NCBI RefSeq assembly: GCF_022539665.2
Contig: NC_081331.1
Span: 7,502,001 to 7,566,000, forward strand
Length of the DNA stretch: 64,000 nucleotides
From: Daphnia carinata
Lineage: Eukaryota
Reading direction: 5' to 3'
Each line of letters opens with the position of its first letter. Position 1 is the first letter of the stretch. Shown piece after piece: positions 39,450 to 52,819 of the stretch. Below the pieces are notes generated by a model. That model worked only from the letters and a program-made list of their open reading frames with translations. It did not search any database and had not been told where the DNA came from. Made by a program: the position numbers and the translations under genes.

Positions 39450-42117
39450 CAGGCTTGGGACTATCGTACCGATACTCGATGAAATAGTTGTCGTAAATAG
39501 TTTTTTTTAATTTCCCGACTTTCGCTCGATACTTTTTGGAATGAGTATCGATCGATAATCGGAAAACCATCGATCGATGAAATAGCCGATACCGATACTT
39601 TTGAAAATAAAAAAAAGTGCAGACGTTTATTCTTGACTCAATTTGTCATACCTGGTATTGTTGTCAACATGAGTAAACCGACCATTTTTGTACATCCCGA
39701 TTTTTTTACATTTCATGCACCCGCAGAAAAGGCTGGTAATTCTCTGTACATATGTGCAAATTGTCCGAGTAAAATTAAGAGCAGTGGTCAAGTTAAAACA
39801 ATTTCTGTAAGTGATATATCTCGACAAAACTTGTATTCGCATTTGTCGTCCAAACACCCTGGATTGTTGTCATCGTTTAAAGCTGCTTGCCTTCGTGGCG
39901 AATCGCAACCAAAAAAAAGAAAGTGTGACGACGTTGTAGATTTGGACGGAATTGAAAATAATCCCAGTAAAAGGCAAGCTACAATCCAAGAATCACTTAC
40001 ATTAAAATTAAGGAAGCCACCAAAGCCTGTTCTCACGCAAGAAGAATTTGACAATGTAGTTCTAAATTACGTCGTGGACAGTGTTTTGCCTTTGAGACAC
40101 GTAGAAACTGATCCATTTCGTGAACTCATGAAAAATGTTTCACCAAGTATGATTCAATAATTCACAATTACTACAAACATATTTTAATTTCTTTTACTTT
40201 TCAGATCACGTAGTAATGTGCAGGAAAACTTTGGCAAAGAGACTATTGGCTAAATATATCACGGCAAAAGAGAAAATCATTGATCATTTATTGAAACTTA
40301 ATCATGTTTGCACAACCGCAGACCTTTGGACTGCTCATGGGAAGTCTTATGTAGGGATGACTTGTCATTGGCTACACCCTACAACGTTCGAAAGGAATAG
40401 TATATGTCTTGCTATTCGAAGAGTTGTTGGCAGACACACATACAATGTTATTGCATCTAGTCTAGACGCAATCAATGTAGAATTTGGTGTAGAAAATAAG
40501 ACTGTCCTCACAATTACCGATTCAGGATCAAACATGTTGAAGGCGTTCACATTGTTTGGAGCAGAGCCAGTTATAAATGAGCCGGACTCTGCTGAAGAAG
40601 ATGATTGCTTTAATGGCGAAGATGTTGTCCGTACAGATTTGGACTTTGCATTGTTAAATATTGATTCCGAAGAAGAACTTTATAGACTACCGATGCACTC
40701 TCCTTGTGCTGCGCACCTATTAAGTCTTTTAGCGAAAGCAGATGCAGACAGTGCCTTATCAAACGCTCAGTTCAAGAAAAAGTCAAGATCAGCTATTGGG
40801 AAATTACAAGGCATCTTTAATAAACAACAGCGATCCTCTTTAAGTAAAGACAAAATAAAGGAACTATTGGGTATGATTCATATCATCATCATCATTCCTT
40901 AACTCTTGAATTACATGAACTTCAAGAGTTAAGGGATGATGATGATGTTTATTTTGCAGTTAGGTTTATTTATTTTTTTTTACGTTTTTAGGAACGTTGT
41001 TTGTCATTCCCAACGATACTCGTTGGAATGCTTGGTTTGACGCAATCAAGCATGTGCACAACTTGGTATCAGATTTAGTCACCGTGAAGAAAGTGAAAAG
41101 TAATCTGAAAGCAGTTTGTGAATTTTTAAAAATACCAGTTCCTACTTCTGAAGACTACTTGTTCATTTCTGAGTATGTATCAGTGATGACCCCAGTTTCT
41201 TATGCTTTGGATGTTTTACAAGGGGAACAACACACTCAAGTTTCATCTGGATATTTGCTGCCAACTATAGTTGTGATTCGCAGACGCCTTGCCGAACTTG
41301 CATTAAAGGAACCACCACTTGCAATTTGCAAACCCCTTGTGGAAGCTTTACAAGAAGGCCTTTCGAAACGTTTTGACCGCTTTTTTAAACTAGAATATTT
41401 TCAATTGGCAGCTGCCCTTCATCCCAAGTTTAAGCTTAACTGGTTGGATTACCAAGATGAAGAAGACTTGAAACTGAAAAACCAAATTATTACAAGGATT
41501 GAAACTAAACTACAGGCAATCGATGCAGAAAAAAGTTCAAGTTTAAACAAATCTGTTTCACCAGAAGACGAAAGAGATTTTTTTACCCTTCTTTCAAAAG
41601 GAGGAAAACAAGAAAATTTTTCCAATAGTGTCTGGAAAATGGAACTGAGTCGCTACCTTGAATCCAAGAACACCGCTGAGCTTTCATGCCTTAATCAATT
41701 TCCATTGATAAAGCAACTGTTCCACTACTATAATGTTGGTCTCCCAGGAAGTGCTGCTTGTGAACGTCTCTTTTCTCTCGGTGGTCGCATTCTCACTCCT
41801 ATGCGCACGCTTTTAGGCGACATTAATTTTGAAATGCTTGTTTTCCTGCGTAGTAATAAGAAAGTTGTTGATAGTCACTAATGTATTCTGGATTTCATAT
41901 CCATATTTTTCATATTCATATTCCTGCTCCTTTTATTGTACAGTATTCTTTTTTATTCAATTTTTTTTTCAAAAATAAGATCATCGCAAAATCATCGTTC
42001 ATCGCGATACCGATACTTTTTTTCTGAACTGTCGCCCTATATTCGAAAATAGAAAAAAACAAGGGTATCGCTATCGTAATCGAAAATGGTTTTTCAAAGT
42101 ATCGGTTCCCAAGCCTG
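39450..42117 (+). mobile_element. hAT (Ac-like) DNA transposon, apparently autonomous
   Basis: Perfect 11-bp TIR CAGGCTTGGGA/TCCCAAGCCTG and perfect 8-bp TSD GCTAAATT (39442-39449, 42118-42125). Subterminal CGATAC/TATCG repeats. Confidence 0.97.
39669..41881 (+). CDS. hAT transposase with BED zinc finger, join(39669..40146,40205..40870,40992..41881), 677 aa
   Basis: Two phase-1 GT-AG introns (58 and 121 bp) join three ORFs in frame without stops. Motifs: BED finger (CANC...HLSSKH), TTADLWT, ITDSGSNM, CAAH, TRWN, and C-terminal SAACERLFS. Confidence 0.92.
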
Positions 42118-43257
42118 GCTAAATTACATGAACATTATGGCCGATATACCCGCCGCGATAAACGAATATCCACCACCTGAATTTACGTTACGCAACAAAC
42201 CAGTGCATCGAGTATTCTAGTGGCAGCAACCGCTGTGGTGACCTATATATTTTTGTGGGGATTGCCAAGAATTATTTCTTCATCTGCATATTATGTCTTT
42301 TAGTGGTGCTCCTCCCACGCATATGCTATGTTTGTGGTTTCATTATCCTCATCTGGGTCGTCTGTTGTCGCCCTTCCGACGACTCAAGACCAACAGCCTC
42401 CTAATCGATTCCAATGCGTCAACTCTGATTATCGGATGCAATCTCACGCCTCCGGTAGTGATGTAAAAAAGCTGAATATATAACTTCCTCAACTTTTTTC
42501 CGCTTTGCTTCCACAGTAACATTCAAGTCTAGACATGTAAGTTGCAAAACCATATACGCAGTTCGGCTGACCTAAATGAACACCTGTTAGCTGACTCACG
42601 CAGAACATACGTCTCCAACTTCAGGCCAAGGTGAATGCGCCCTCAGATTGGCTGCTGGCGTGAAGCCTACAAGCTCCTCCCAATCACGCAACTTTGCATT
42701 ATGCAAAGTTCCATGGTGAACCCAGTAACTGACGAAGATTAGATTAGAACTTACAGCCGAGTAAAGTAGTTGCCTCAAGGTATCTTTCTTGCTTTTGCTA
42801 GTAGTACTGTGTAGTGAACTTTATTCTTTTATTTTTATGTTTTATTAATTAAGTTCGACTTAATTAAACCTGTCCGGACTTACCTGACCGGAATAATTCT
42901 CGGCAGTTTGATTGGCTTTTGTCTACTTATTCGAACCTCTGTTTGTGTATCGCTTCGTGAAGCCGAGTTATCACGTTCGCTCCTGTGTCGTTCTTCTCTT
43001 CCGTTCTTCTACTCGTGTGATCACGGTTCTGTTGCTTTGAATGTTCTTATGTCTTGGCCTAAAATAATACATGCGTCATTGTGGGTCCACGCCTCCGAGT
43101 TCTTTATTCATCCTTGTCTTAAACCATCTCTGCGGGGAGAATGCTTTACAATAGACATTGCGAAGCCAAGGACTTATCTAAGTCCCAGTCCAACTTCCAT
43201 CAGGTAAGACAGCATTTCATCGTAAATAAGATTATGTAATAAAAAATTCTTATTCAG

Positions 43258-43410
43258 CAGAACCACAACTTTTCTCAGCGTTGATGCAAAAACTATACTT
43301 CGTGCTCAGAAACCAAAAAATCATCAAAGCTACACAGCGTGAGCAAGGGCAGCTGCTTGAAGTGTTACTTAAACAGACTAGTCCTCCAGAGCCTGAAGCA
43401 GTAGATGCCA
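43258..43410 (+). pseudogene. Possible exon fragment of an unknown helical protein
   Basis: Follows a short GT..AG intron-like gap from 43204 and translates QKLYFVLRNQKIIKATQREQGQLLEVLLKQ. No diagnostic motif. Confidence 0.2.
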
Positions 43411-46400
43411 TGTGTGATCTTAAACATTTTATGCTGTTTACCATGACTGTTGACCATGGTCAACTGCCATGCATGATCTGAAACATTTTATGCTGCTGAC
43501 CATGACTGAAGATATTCCATTGCCATTCCCGTGACTTTGGAACAGCGATAGGCAACCAAAAATCCGTCGCTAAAAATTTACTATCCTATAGATAATGATC
43601 GATGAACCTTTTTGACAACTGCGTTGTAACGTGCTGGAGAAACGATTTAAGAAGCTAAATGTCCATTTACTAATCGACTGAACCCTATATGGAGGCTATT
43701 TGCAGTTGGTGTAACTATTGCAAGATTTTGTTCATTGCTTTAAATATGTTTACACAGGTCCAGCTGTAAGAAATAGTCATATTGGTTTAAGTCAAATTGT
43801 TTTAGCGTGGCATTTAATTCTAATAATTGCTTTATAATACTTGATAGAAACGCGAACTTGCTTCGGATCACTCTCACTATGTGACCGTTGGCTTCCGATT
43901 CCCACAGTTGTTCATTCAAAACGGTTGCGCGTTTTACATAACGTGGGTTTACGCACGTTTTGGGGACAATTTCGACCAACTATGTTAGACTAGCGTAAGT
44001 GTCTAAGCTATTGTATTTCTAAAACTAACATCCATTTTCAGTATCCATAGCTTTGATAACTAGAGGCTAAAGTGATCCACAAATACGTCGTAAAAGTCCC
44101 ACACGACACAAGCTACTCAGAAGTACATCTAAGTTAAGTTTAAATTAACATTTAAAAACCTTATCTTAATCATCCTTACGGTACTTGTTGAAGACTTAGA
44201 AGTCTTGGTGTATTCCAAGTTCAAGTTAAATTTGGACAAAGACTGCACCCTCTGCAACCAATACCTTGCAGAGCCTATCAACCTCTTTCCGCAGGAGTAG
44301 CTATTGATGAGAAAATGGCCTCCTACGAAACAGGTTTTAACAGTGCAGCTATCGTGGTTTGCCACTACTAGAGGCTGTTAGTTTACCAAACATACACCTC
44401 AACGTAAAATCGCAATACATTTTTCAGGCATACTGTGGAAACTAAATAACAAATTGGTCAACAAGAAATACAAAAATCAAGCTATGTTGGTGGTGACCAT
44501 AGAGATTCTAGAAAAGGTGCTTCATGAAAACCTGACACATTATGACGAAGCATGTCAAGAAGAGAGATTTATTGAAGCGGAAACATCTTTTGAGCTTGCC
44601 TACGATAGAATGAAAAGAACTGATAAACTGATGATAAACTGCTGGAAAAAAATCATTATGCGACAAAATGTTACAGTTATTTTATTAATAATATATAATA
44701 ATAAATAATTATTAAGTAAATGCTACAAATGCGGCGAAGGCCATCACACAGCTTCTCTGCAATAAGGCAGTTAAGCCAAAATCTGACAGCAATAATAGCA
44801 GTCGACTCGGATAATTTTTTTTTCTTGATTTGATGTCTGCACGACATCTAGTGTTGAAAATTCACACTATTTAATGAATTTGTTACCTGTGCAAAAAAAA
44901 TTCCATACTATATTCGCCTACATTTCACATTTTCCTTAGTTCAGTAGCACAGCAGGTTGCTCTAATAGCAGTAAAAATTGTATAATACTAAAAATTTTCA
45001 TAGTTCATGTTTTGTGTTATGGTTCTTCCCAAAAAAATGTTATTGGAAAGGAATTATTCATTAGTTGAATACAGATGCATCGCCCTTTGAAAATAGCCTC
45101 ATGAAGTGCTGGTAAGTCAATTTCAATCGCTTAGGTGAATAAAATAGACCACTCTGACTGTAGAGCATTTCTACTGCTGCGGAAGATGATGAGCCACGTT
45201 GTACAGCCTGGAAATTTGCAATAACATTACCTCCTGGAAACATTTTTCAAATAAATAATATGATGCTAGATTACCTATACTACTAGTAGTAATACTAGGT
45301 GCTACGTAGGGAAGACCGGACCCATCTTGGACACTGTACCAAGTTGCACATCAAAATAAAAATATACTATTTTACACACTTCGTTCGAAAAAGGTGTTTT
45401 TAAAATAGTACAAAGTTTGAGCCTCGTGTTTTAATTATTTATTGAGTTATTCAACTGATAAAAATGAGAAAAAGCCTGTATTTTTCATTGTGCCTTATCG
45501 GTGATTTTTTCCAATGTTGTTTTATAATTCTGCGTTTATAAATATTGGACGTAAATAGAGCACAGTCAATAAATTTTTTTAGTGGAATACTGATCTAACT
45601 ATTTTAAATTACTACCAAATTTAAGATATTTTTCGAGTTCATCTTCAGTTTGTTGTTTGCTCTACTTCTTGGCAATAGCAGAGAAGAAATTTACGCTTTC
45701 TTTTCTGTGGACTTGGATCGGAACGAAATGATGTCCCATCGCTGCTGTCCTCCGGACTGTAAAACCAGTTATAAATGATAATTCTTTTCGTATCACATTC
45801 ACATAAAAAATAAAATGACTTTTAATTGCCTTGTAAGCGTTCGTATTCAAATTTAGTAAGATATTCAAGATTTAGCTCATCATTTCCTTCTCACTTTCCA
45901 GTCACGATAGCATCAACTCCCTTTTATCACTGTAGTCAAACGCAACTCGTTATCCAAAAACGTTTTCAAAAAATTTAAAAAGGTTTAACAGTTTTTTAAA
46001 TGAACAAAGCAAAGAAAGAAATGGCTAAAGTACCGAAAGTGGATGGAATCTAACCGATTGTGACTCAAGGCTGGCAGTGAAAGATAAGAACATGGGCTTT
46101 AGGCAATTTTTATTGTTCTTTTAAGCCAAAATAGCTGTCAATAAAAAAACCATGACAACATTTTTTTTGAATTTCAAAATTTTTCATCCCGCAAACTTTT
46201 TTTCACCAGTCGAATGAAACAGCATATGGCAGAATATTCTGAATTCCATCGTTTCTAGAATGACTATTCGACCCAAGTGATGGAACACCGAAATTTAACG
46301 AATGCAAATTTTGTTTATTTCAACATTTTCTGGGACTTTTCCAGAGCACTTGTTGTAAGTTGCTGGATATATAACGTTGAATTTTCTGCACGCCATCCTC

Positions 46401-47089
46401 GAAAACCAGGCTTAAAAAGGCTTTTATTGTAAAATAAGAAGAGGGAAAACTGGCAAATGTTTGAAATAAATTTATTGAACTTGGATTTTGGCTACACGTC
46501 AATGCGTTTTCATAGACGCATAGAAAAATAACTATTTTAACTTTAAAAACATCACCATGAAAAATTAACTTAATAACGTCACGGAGGAGGTTGTAGTTGC
46601 CGTGCGTTTCTACCCTCGTGACGTAAAGTCCGGCTTGCTCGTCGAACCAGTGATATCCGGAGTCTATCGGCCTGACGCGGAGTGACTCGAACTGCAGCCA
46701 CAGTTGACACATTATTGACCATGGAGCATTTGAAACGAGTACAATAATAAGCATGTGAAAGTTAGGCAGTTTTCTTTATTACAATAAGAGATAACGCCTG
46801 AAAAGTCTGTAAAATACCTATGACAGTTGCAGGACGATGGGGACGGCCTTGCATTCGACTATTTGTCGGCCGATCCTGTTCTCTCTAACTCTCAGCTACT
46901 GTTGTTGGAGTCCCTGCATTTCCAGTAATTGAAAGTTCTTGAACGGCTTCCTGCAGCGCTTTTCCTGTGCGGATTAAACAAAGTCGTTTATCACTATAAT
47001 AACGGGTACTAGTAAAAGATAATAATTGTAATAATAATTGTGTGTTGTTTTACCATTATCTATAGCAGGCCCGACAATAATTGTATTAT

Positions 47090-47574
47090 CGTTACTGGAT
47101 GACAGAAGAAATAGATAAACAAATTTAAGGCCAGCGCCAAACGCAATGGTATCCATGTCTTGTATGGGTGTTTGCTGATGGTTGGGCACACTAATATTGT
47201 TTACCAAAATGCCATTCCTTCCCTAGATGAGAAGAAGAAAAAAAAATAGAATGCGAGGAAAAAATTATTAACAACAGAAACAAAAAAAACAATCAACTCC
47301 TGACAACACTTTGCACCGTCCATTTGTTTCCTTCACATTTGAAAACAGCATGTATGCGTGAAATTGAAAGATCAGGGATGAACTACGAATTTTCTTGAGC
47401 CCGATCAATGGTTACCTAATGTTGCCGATTGTGAATAATAAATAAACAACAATGTTAAATGAATTTGAAAAATTAAGTATAAACCACCTCATTGCGATCC
47501 AATTGTATAAGCTTGTACGTGGCTTCGTTTGTTAAGATTCTTCGAAGAAAAGCTGTTGGGAATTGAGATGCCAT
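47090..47574 (-). pseudogene. FHA-domain protein pseudogene (RNF8/CHFR-like N-terminus)
   Basis: Exons 47574-47488, 47415-47305 and 47222-~47090 splice in phase 0 to MASQFPTAFLRRIL...VTIDRAQENS*FIPDLSISRIHAVFKCEGNKWTVQSV-GRNGILVNN...DMDTIAFGAGLKFVYLF. These are FHA motifs (G)R, SRxH and NG, with an in-frame stop and a G>D change. Confidence 0.75.
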
Positions 47575-47934
47575 TTTGGGGTTGAGGGGGAAAGGGGAGG
47601 GGGGATACCTGAAAAAACAAACAACTTGATCTCCATCAACTCAACTAGTCAACTGTTTGGCTCTAGTATTGGCGACTATCTAAACCTCAAAACGATACAT
47701 CGATATTTTTAGATAGTTTTTAGATAGTTGACATTTAAGATAATCACTGTTCGATATATTCCAAACAGATCTCCCATTTAACAATAGATGGAGTCTAGTG
47801 CAAATAAGAAAAAACAATAATAATTTTATAAATTTTACCTCTGCATAGATTAGAACTCATGTCACCATTTAAAATTCTTAATTTATAATACGGAAAATCG
47901 TTTGTCAGTTGCGAAGAAAAAAAATCTTATCGAG

Positions 47935-48102
47935 ATGAAGAAATCCAAATATTATTGTAATAGTTGTAAGAAAGTTATTGGGGATGTGGGTACTGTAATT
48001 TGTTCTTGTTGTTTAGAATGGATTAACTTGAAATGCGTTGGTTTATAGGATGTTCCTAAAGCTAAAGATTTTGTTTGTAAACTTTGTATAAATACTAAGT
48101 GA
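47935..48102 (+). pseudogene. Isolated PHD-finger relic
   Basis: KYYCNSCKKVIGDVGTVICSCCLEWINLKCVGL*DVPKAKDFVCKLC shows PHD spacing with the His replaced and a stop. Confidence 0.6.
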
Positions 48103-50229
48103 AGAAGCAATGGAACAAGCTATCTAAATACTTGCTTCCTAAATAGTGTGATACATCATACCCAGGTAAATGCATAGCCAGCCGTTCAAAAATCGCCTAC
48201 CGAAATTAAAAAGGAGCATCATGAAGTGCATGTGATGAGTTTCAAAATGAATGTTTTCCTGGGCAACACTTCTTTTATCAAGAAATACTGTTTGCGAAAA
48301 CTGAATAAGTGAATAATGTGTGGTTTTTAATTAATGCTAGGTATTACCACACACAATAGTCTATTTGGGTGGCAATACGTTTGATAGGTGAATTAGTAGT
48401 TATATTTTTAGCTCAGAGTTTTTCTGCAATTTTCCAACACTTTCTTTCCACCTTTTCCTGCTGCCAAGCTAATTGTCGGGATCGGTAATGCTACAAATAT
48501 TCTTATTTCGTTAGGCATGCTAACTGTATTTTTGAATGACTAAATACCAAGTAGTGTCTTTTGACGTAAAATATAGTATCGTTGAAAACCAATAGAGATT
48601 TCGGAGTACCGTCTTTTTCCGTTTCCATTCTGTATCCTTTCAATAGGCACCTATACCTCCTTACTGTTTTTCCCTCTGCATGTCATAATCTAAATAATAA
48701 TATCATGTCGTAAGTAAAATTTAATAATTGATTGCATTAGAGCGATGAAAAATGAGTTTTTTTGTCCTATAGAAAGTATATCAAAGCATGGTTATAACGA
48801 TCGTACCTAGATTTTTCAGCAACAATTTCCTTGTGGTGAATATTTTGAAGCGAACCACAAGGCGACATTTTAAAGACGAAGTGCTCCATACTGTTGTAGG
48901 AAAGAAACCTGCTAAAGAAATTTTCATATACTGTACAAAACACGAATAATTCATTACTTGTTGTAGGTACAGTTGCAAGTTATATGTTACCCCTACTACA
49001 AATGAAACAGTGGTGATGTACCGAAGTATTAAAGGGAGCAAAAGCTACCGGAACCAGGATCGTTACAGTAAGTTTATTTCCAAAATTGGTGATCATGGCT
49101 TCTAGCTTTTTCAAATACTGGAAATTGTTTGTAAAGTGTCGTTGCGCTGCCTTTAGGTAAAATTAACTCAATAAAGGCAAAGAACAATCAGAACATAGTT
49201 CCAGACTCCTAATCAAAATTTCTAACTCCAAACCAATAAATTTGAAAATCTTTCTAGTAGAAAAAAGACAACATTATTTTAAAGACTATAATATTAATAT
49301 TATTTCCGTAAATAGCTTTCTACTTAGACTTAGGTTTTAAACATACAACGAAGAAAAGAACTGACGTCTGGTTGTAACAATGGCAGCAAATGACTGGAAA
49401 TGACAACTAACACTGATCAGTTTTTGTCGATTAGCATTCGACCGAAACAGTAGTAAAATACTATCATAAGACTATAAAATCTACAACTAGGTTACGAAAA
49501 GTTTGATCGCTAAAAACAATCGGATGGCGACCAAGTTTTTGGGATTGCCGATCAATCTCTAATTGCCCGATCGGGCAAGGGCAGAGAAACATTTCCTTAA
49601 TGAATTACCAGATTTTTAAAATTTTCTTTCATTGCTTTCTTTGTTACTCTCCTACCAAAACCCAATAAAAACATCATTGCATTCCATAACTCTACAAAAG
49701 CACAAAAGTACTTGATATTTTGATCCCCAGCGTCCCCTGGTGATGCCAACACATTCATGATTTTTCTCAAAAAAAAATCTGAGTGTAATATTTGGGTATA
49801 GGACAGTATTGTTTAAGTTGATCAAGTTAGAAAACCCACATTATTTTTAAACCGAACAATACATGACCCGTCGTTTGGCAAAAAAATCAATTTCAGCTTG
49901 TTTGAAGGATGTTATGTGTAGATTTCTATCTGTCAAATGCATTCACAGCAGAATGGCCGTAATCGGAATTGTACTGAAAATCTTTACAGACGCCAAAATG
50001 ATTTTAAGGAAACGAGTAACAACAATCAGCTGCGGAGAATTCTACGACGAACTACTCAAGTGATTCGTATTCGTGTTTGAATTTAGACCCATAAAACGTA
50101 CTTGGTCTAAGATGACAATGACTATGTATCACCTTTTACATGTGCCACGTAGCTCATAAGATAAGCTCCTACTCCAACCAACAAGCTATTAGGCAATGGT
50201 ATCAAGTGGAAATTTTCTTCCAGCCTGGC

Positions 50230-50575
50230 TCATTGATGGCGTTGGTTTTGGGAGTATGCCACCAACACCACGCTCAGTCTTTCCAAATGCTGCATCGTGT
50301 TATAAGCGTAAACAATTACGTCGTAGAAACAAGCTAGGTACACATGAGCCCGTTAAAATCAGATCAATTGTTTGGTGGAATGTTCCCGGGTTGCAGCAGA
50401 GTTCTATCAACATCACTAGAAACTGTCCTAATTCGTCAGTGGTGTTGAATGCTACCTTGATCTTATCTTCTTTCTCAGCGAAACCTGCCAGTAGCCACTC
50501 ACTGAATCCATGATCGAGAAGATCTTGCTCCTTCTAGTCCAGACAAACTCTCCTGGATTCTAGGTATATGTCAAT
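50230..50575 (-). pseudogene. Gypsy/Ty3 reverse-transcriptase relic
   Basis: Frameshifted translation IPRIQESLSGLEGAR..FSIMDSVSGYWQV..EDKIKVAFNTTD...FLVM...CCNPGTFHQTIDLIL...YDVIVY...QHLERLSVVL. Confidence 0.8.
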
Positions 50576-52819
50576 ACGGAACGGTAGGCTTAGGTAGGTA
50601 TTGGCGATGCCCAATCCCAAAGCTTCCCACACGCTAGTTTGCAAATTATAAAATATTAAGCAGGGCATGTGATAGTTTAGCTTGCGTTTTCGAGGATACC
50701 GTCAGAGGACTTAAATTAAACTAGCGCAAACTGTGAAACCGCAGATGCTGTCTAGCTTGTGGGAACCAGGCCATTGAAATTAACATAATCGAGATATTAA
50801 AATATATATTTTTTTACATGAAAAATATTTAGAACAAGAATAGTTATAATAGAATTTGAATTTCAAAAACTTTTAACTTTTAAAAAATTAATAAATCATT
50901 CTTAAGTTTTAAGATAAAGGAATAGCATAAGATGATTATTCAACTTCAATGTATAGACTTATGGTTTAAACTCAAGTTCGATTTTTCTTCGTTTTCAAAA
51001 TCCTGTTGGTGATTTACTGTCGAAAAAAACGTTTGTGTATTACATCGATTGTGTTCTAATGTTTGAAAATGTTAATATAATTATCTAAAGAATAATCAAT
51101 TCGAGTAACATCCGACGACGTTGCGGGAGCCAATTCTCAGCCACAGTCTTTTATTTTTTACCTTACCAAACGTAAGCTGGCTTCTCGATGGCCGATGTAA
51201 GGCTGAGTACCCAAGCTGTACTCGTTAGCTTCTTTGCAATTGGAATCGAGTTCGGGTCACCGTAAAGAATTAAGGATATTGGTCAATATACATGAATTTT
51301 TTAGTTATATATACTGATTCTGACTTTAAAATTACTAAATTAAACATTATATATAGAGAAGTTTGTTATTTTGTTCTATCCCAACGCAGCCTAAATGCGC
51401 GTCAAAAAATTAGTGACTAAATTTTTAAACAGTTAAGAAAACTATTTTAAAACATTTTTTACGCTCCACCTAATAAGGAAAACAAGTCGTTTGTTTATAT
51501 ATATTTTTTAAGATTTCGTAAAATATGCTGCAAAATTCGATAGCCCAGAAAAAGCACTATTGAATGTCGTTATTTTATGTCAGAATGATTGTTTATATTT
51601 AATGTATTTCGGGGAAAAGAAAAATCCAACCATTCATCGGAAACATTGAGTAATTTGTTCTGCCTTTTTTCATGTCTTCCAGATAAATATGTTTTACATT
51701 TCTTTTAAGACCAGGAATGTCTTGATGCAGTTGTGAACTGTGGATATGAATATCGAACTTAAAAATACCACTGACAGCTCTAAATGATGATTTAAACGAG
51801 ACACAATCAATACCAAATCGAAAAATTGTTCGAAAAGGTTATCATCAACACTATCATTAGCTTAAACTTCAATTTGTTAACTTCATTAACGTGAAAAAAC
51901 GGGCTATTTCATAATGTAACAGCGCGCTAGGGCATAACCGATCACTGAACTCTAGCTGTGTGCCACTGCAGACAAACTAAAAAAAATCAACTACGGAGTT
52001 GTATTATAGAGCGGGAATGTATTTTGTCAGGCAGTAGAGTTCTAGGATTAGGAATTTAGTTCTATTTGGAATAAAATTATTTTAAAGATACCTATATGGG
52101 GATTCTTGCCAAACGATTATTGATGAATAACTCAGTTAGTAGATAATTAGAGCAAGAGCGCAAAAAAAGAAGTTTGGATTACAAAATGCGCTCGCTAAGT
52201 ACAATCCTGTAATACGAAAGTAGCCTGTCACTTACGGTGCTGCCCTCGCGGGCAAGGCTGTAGGGGGCACGGGCCAATGCTTTATTGTGTGCCCATTTGA
52301 TTTTGCTTTTACCCCTTTCTATGGAAAGGGGCAGTATTGTATCAAGTCTCAACCCAGACAGTTGTCTTGTCTCGTCCCCGTCTCATTTTCAGTCTCGATT
52401 CGTTTTTGTCCCCCTCGTTTTGTTTTAATCAAGCGTGTGGTCCTTTGTTCATTCCAAATCCAGCAATAAAGCTTGTTTCCCTTTCTCATCGTCATCTTTC
52501 GTTCACCCTCATCCTTCATCTTCTCTCATTTCTCTTACTCTGTTGCAAACCCCTGCACGAGAGTTTGCAACAAATGGTGCCGAAACTCGGGATTTGCCGA
52601 ACACGTGCATTTTCCAGTCCTCGTTTGTAAAACCTTCGCTTGGGTGGTAAATTGTCGGGTATTCTCCCTGTAAACCTTTGGCAGACGTCCACGCCAGCCT
52701 GAAGGCACCCACCTGTCCACCACGCGTTTGCCATCTGACTAGAAGATCGGTGTATCTACGTGAATCATCGACATCCGTTAACGTGTGACTCTATCAGCCT
52801 AACATAACGTTTCTACGTC

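Larger units (their letters stand above)
39405..42880 (+). pseudogene. env-like gene C-terminal fragment plus downstream UTR, copy 2, interrupted by the hAT element
   Basis: Removing the hAT and one TSD restores H*SNPAYTDNMLNYMNIMADIPAAINEYPP, homologous to HQSNPAYTVVIFNHMNIMPDIAAAIDEQPP (10984-11205 minus). Downstream gttccatggtgaaccca and gtagttgcctcaag also match copy 1. Confidence 0.7.

Noticed and set aside
44454..44760. Helical ORF plus KCYKCGEGHHTASL, possibly a BEL gag relic
   Set aside because: Too short and fragmentary to assign with confidence.
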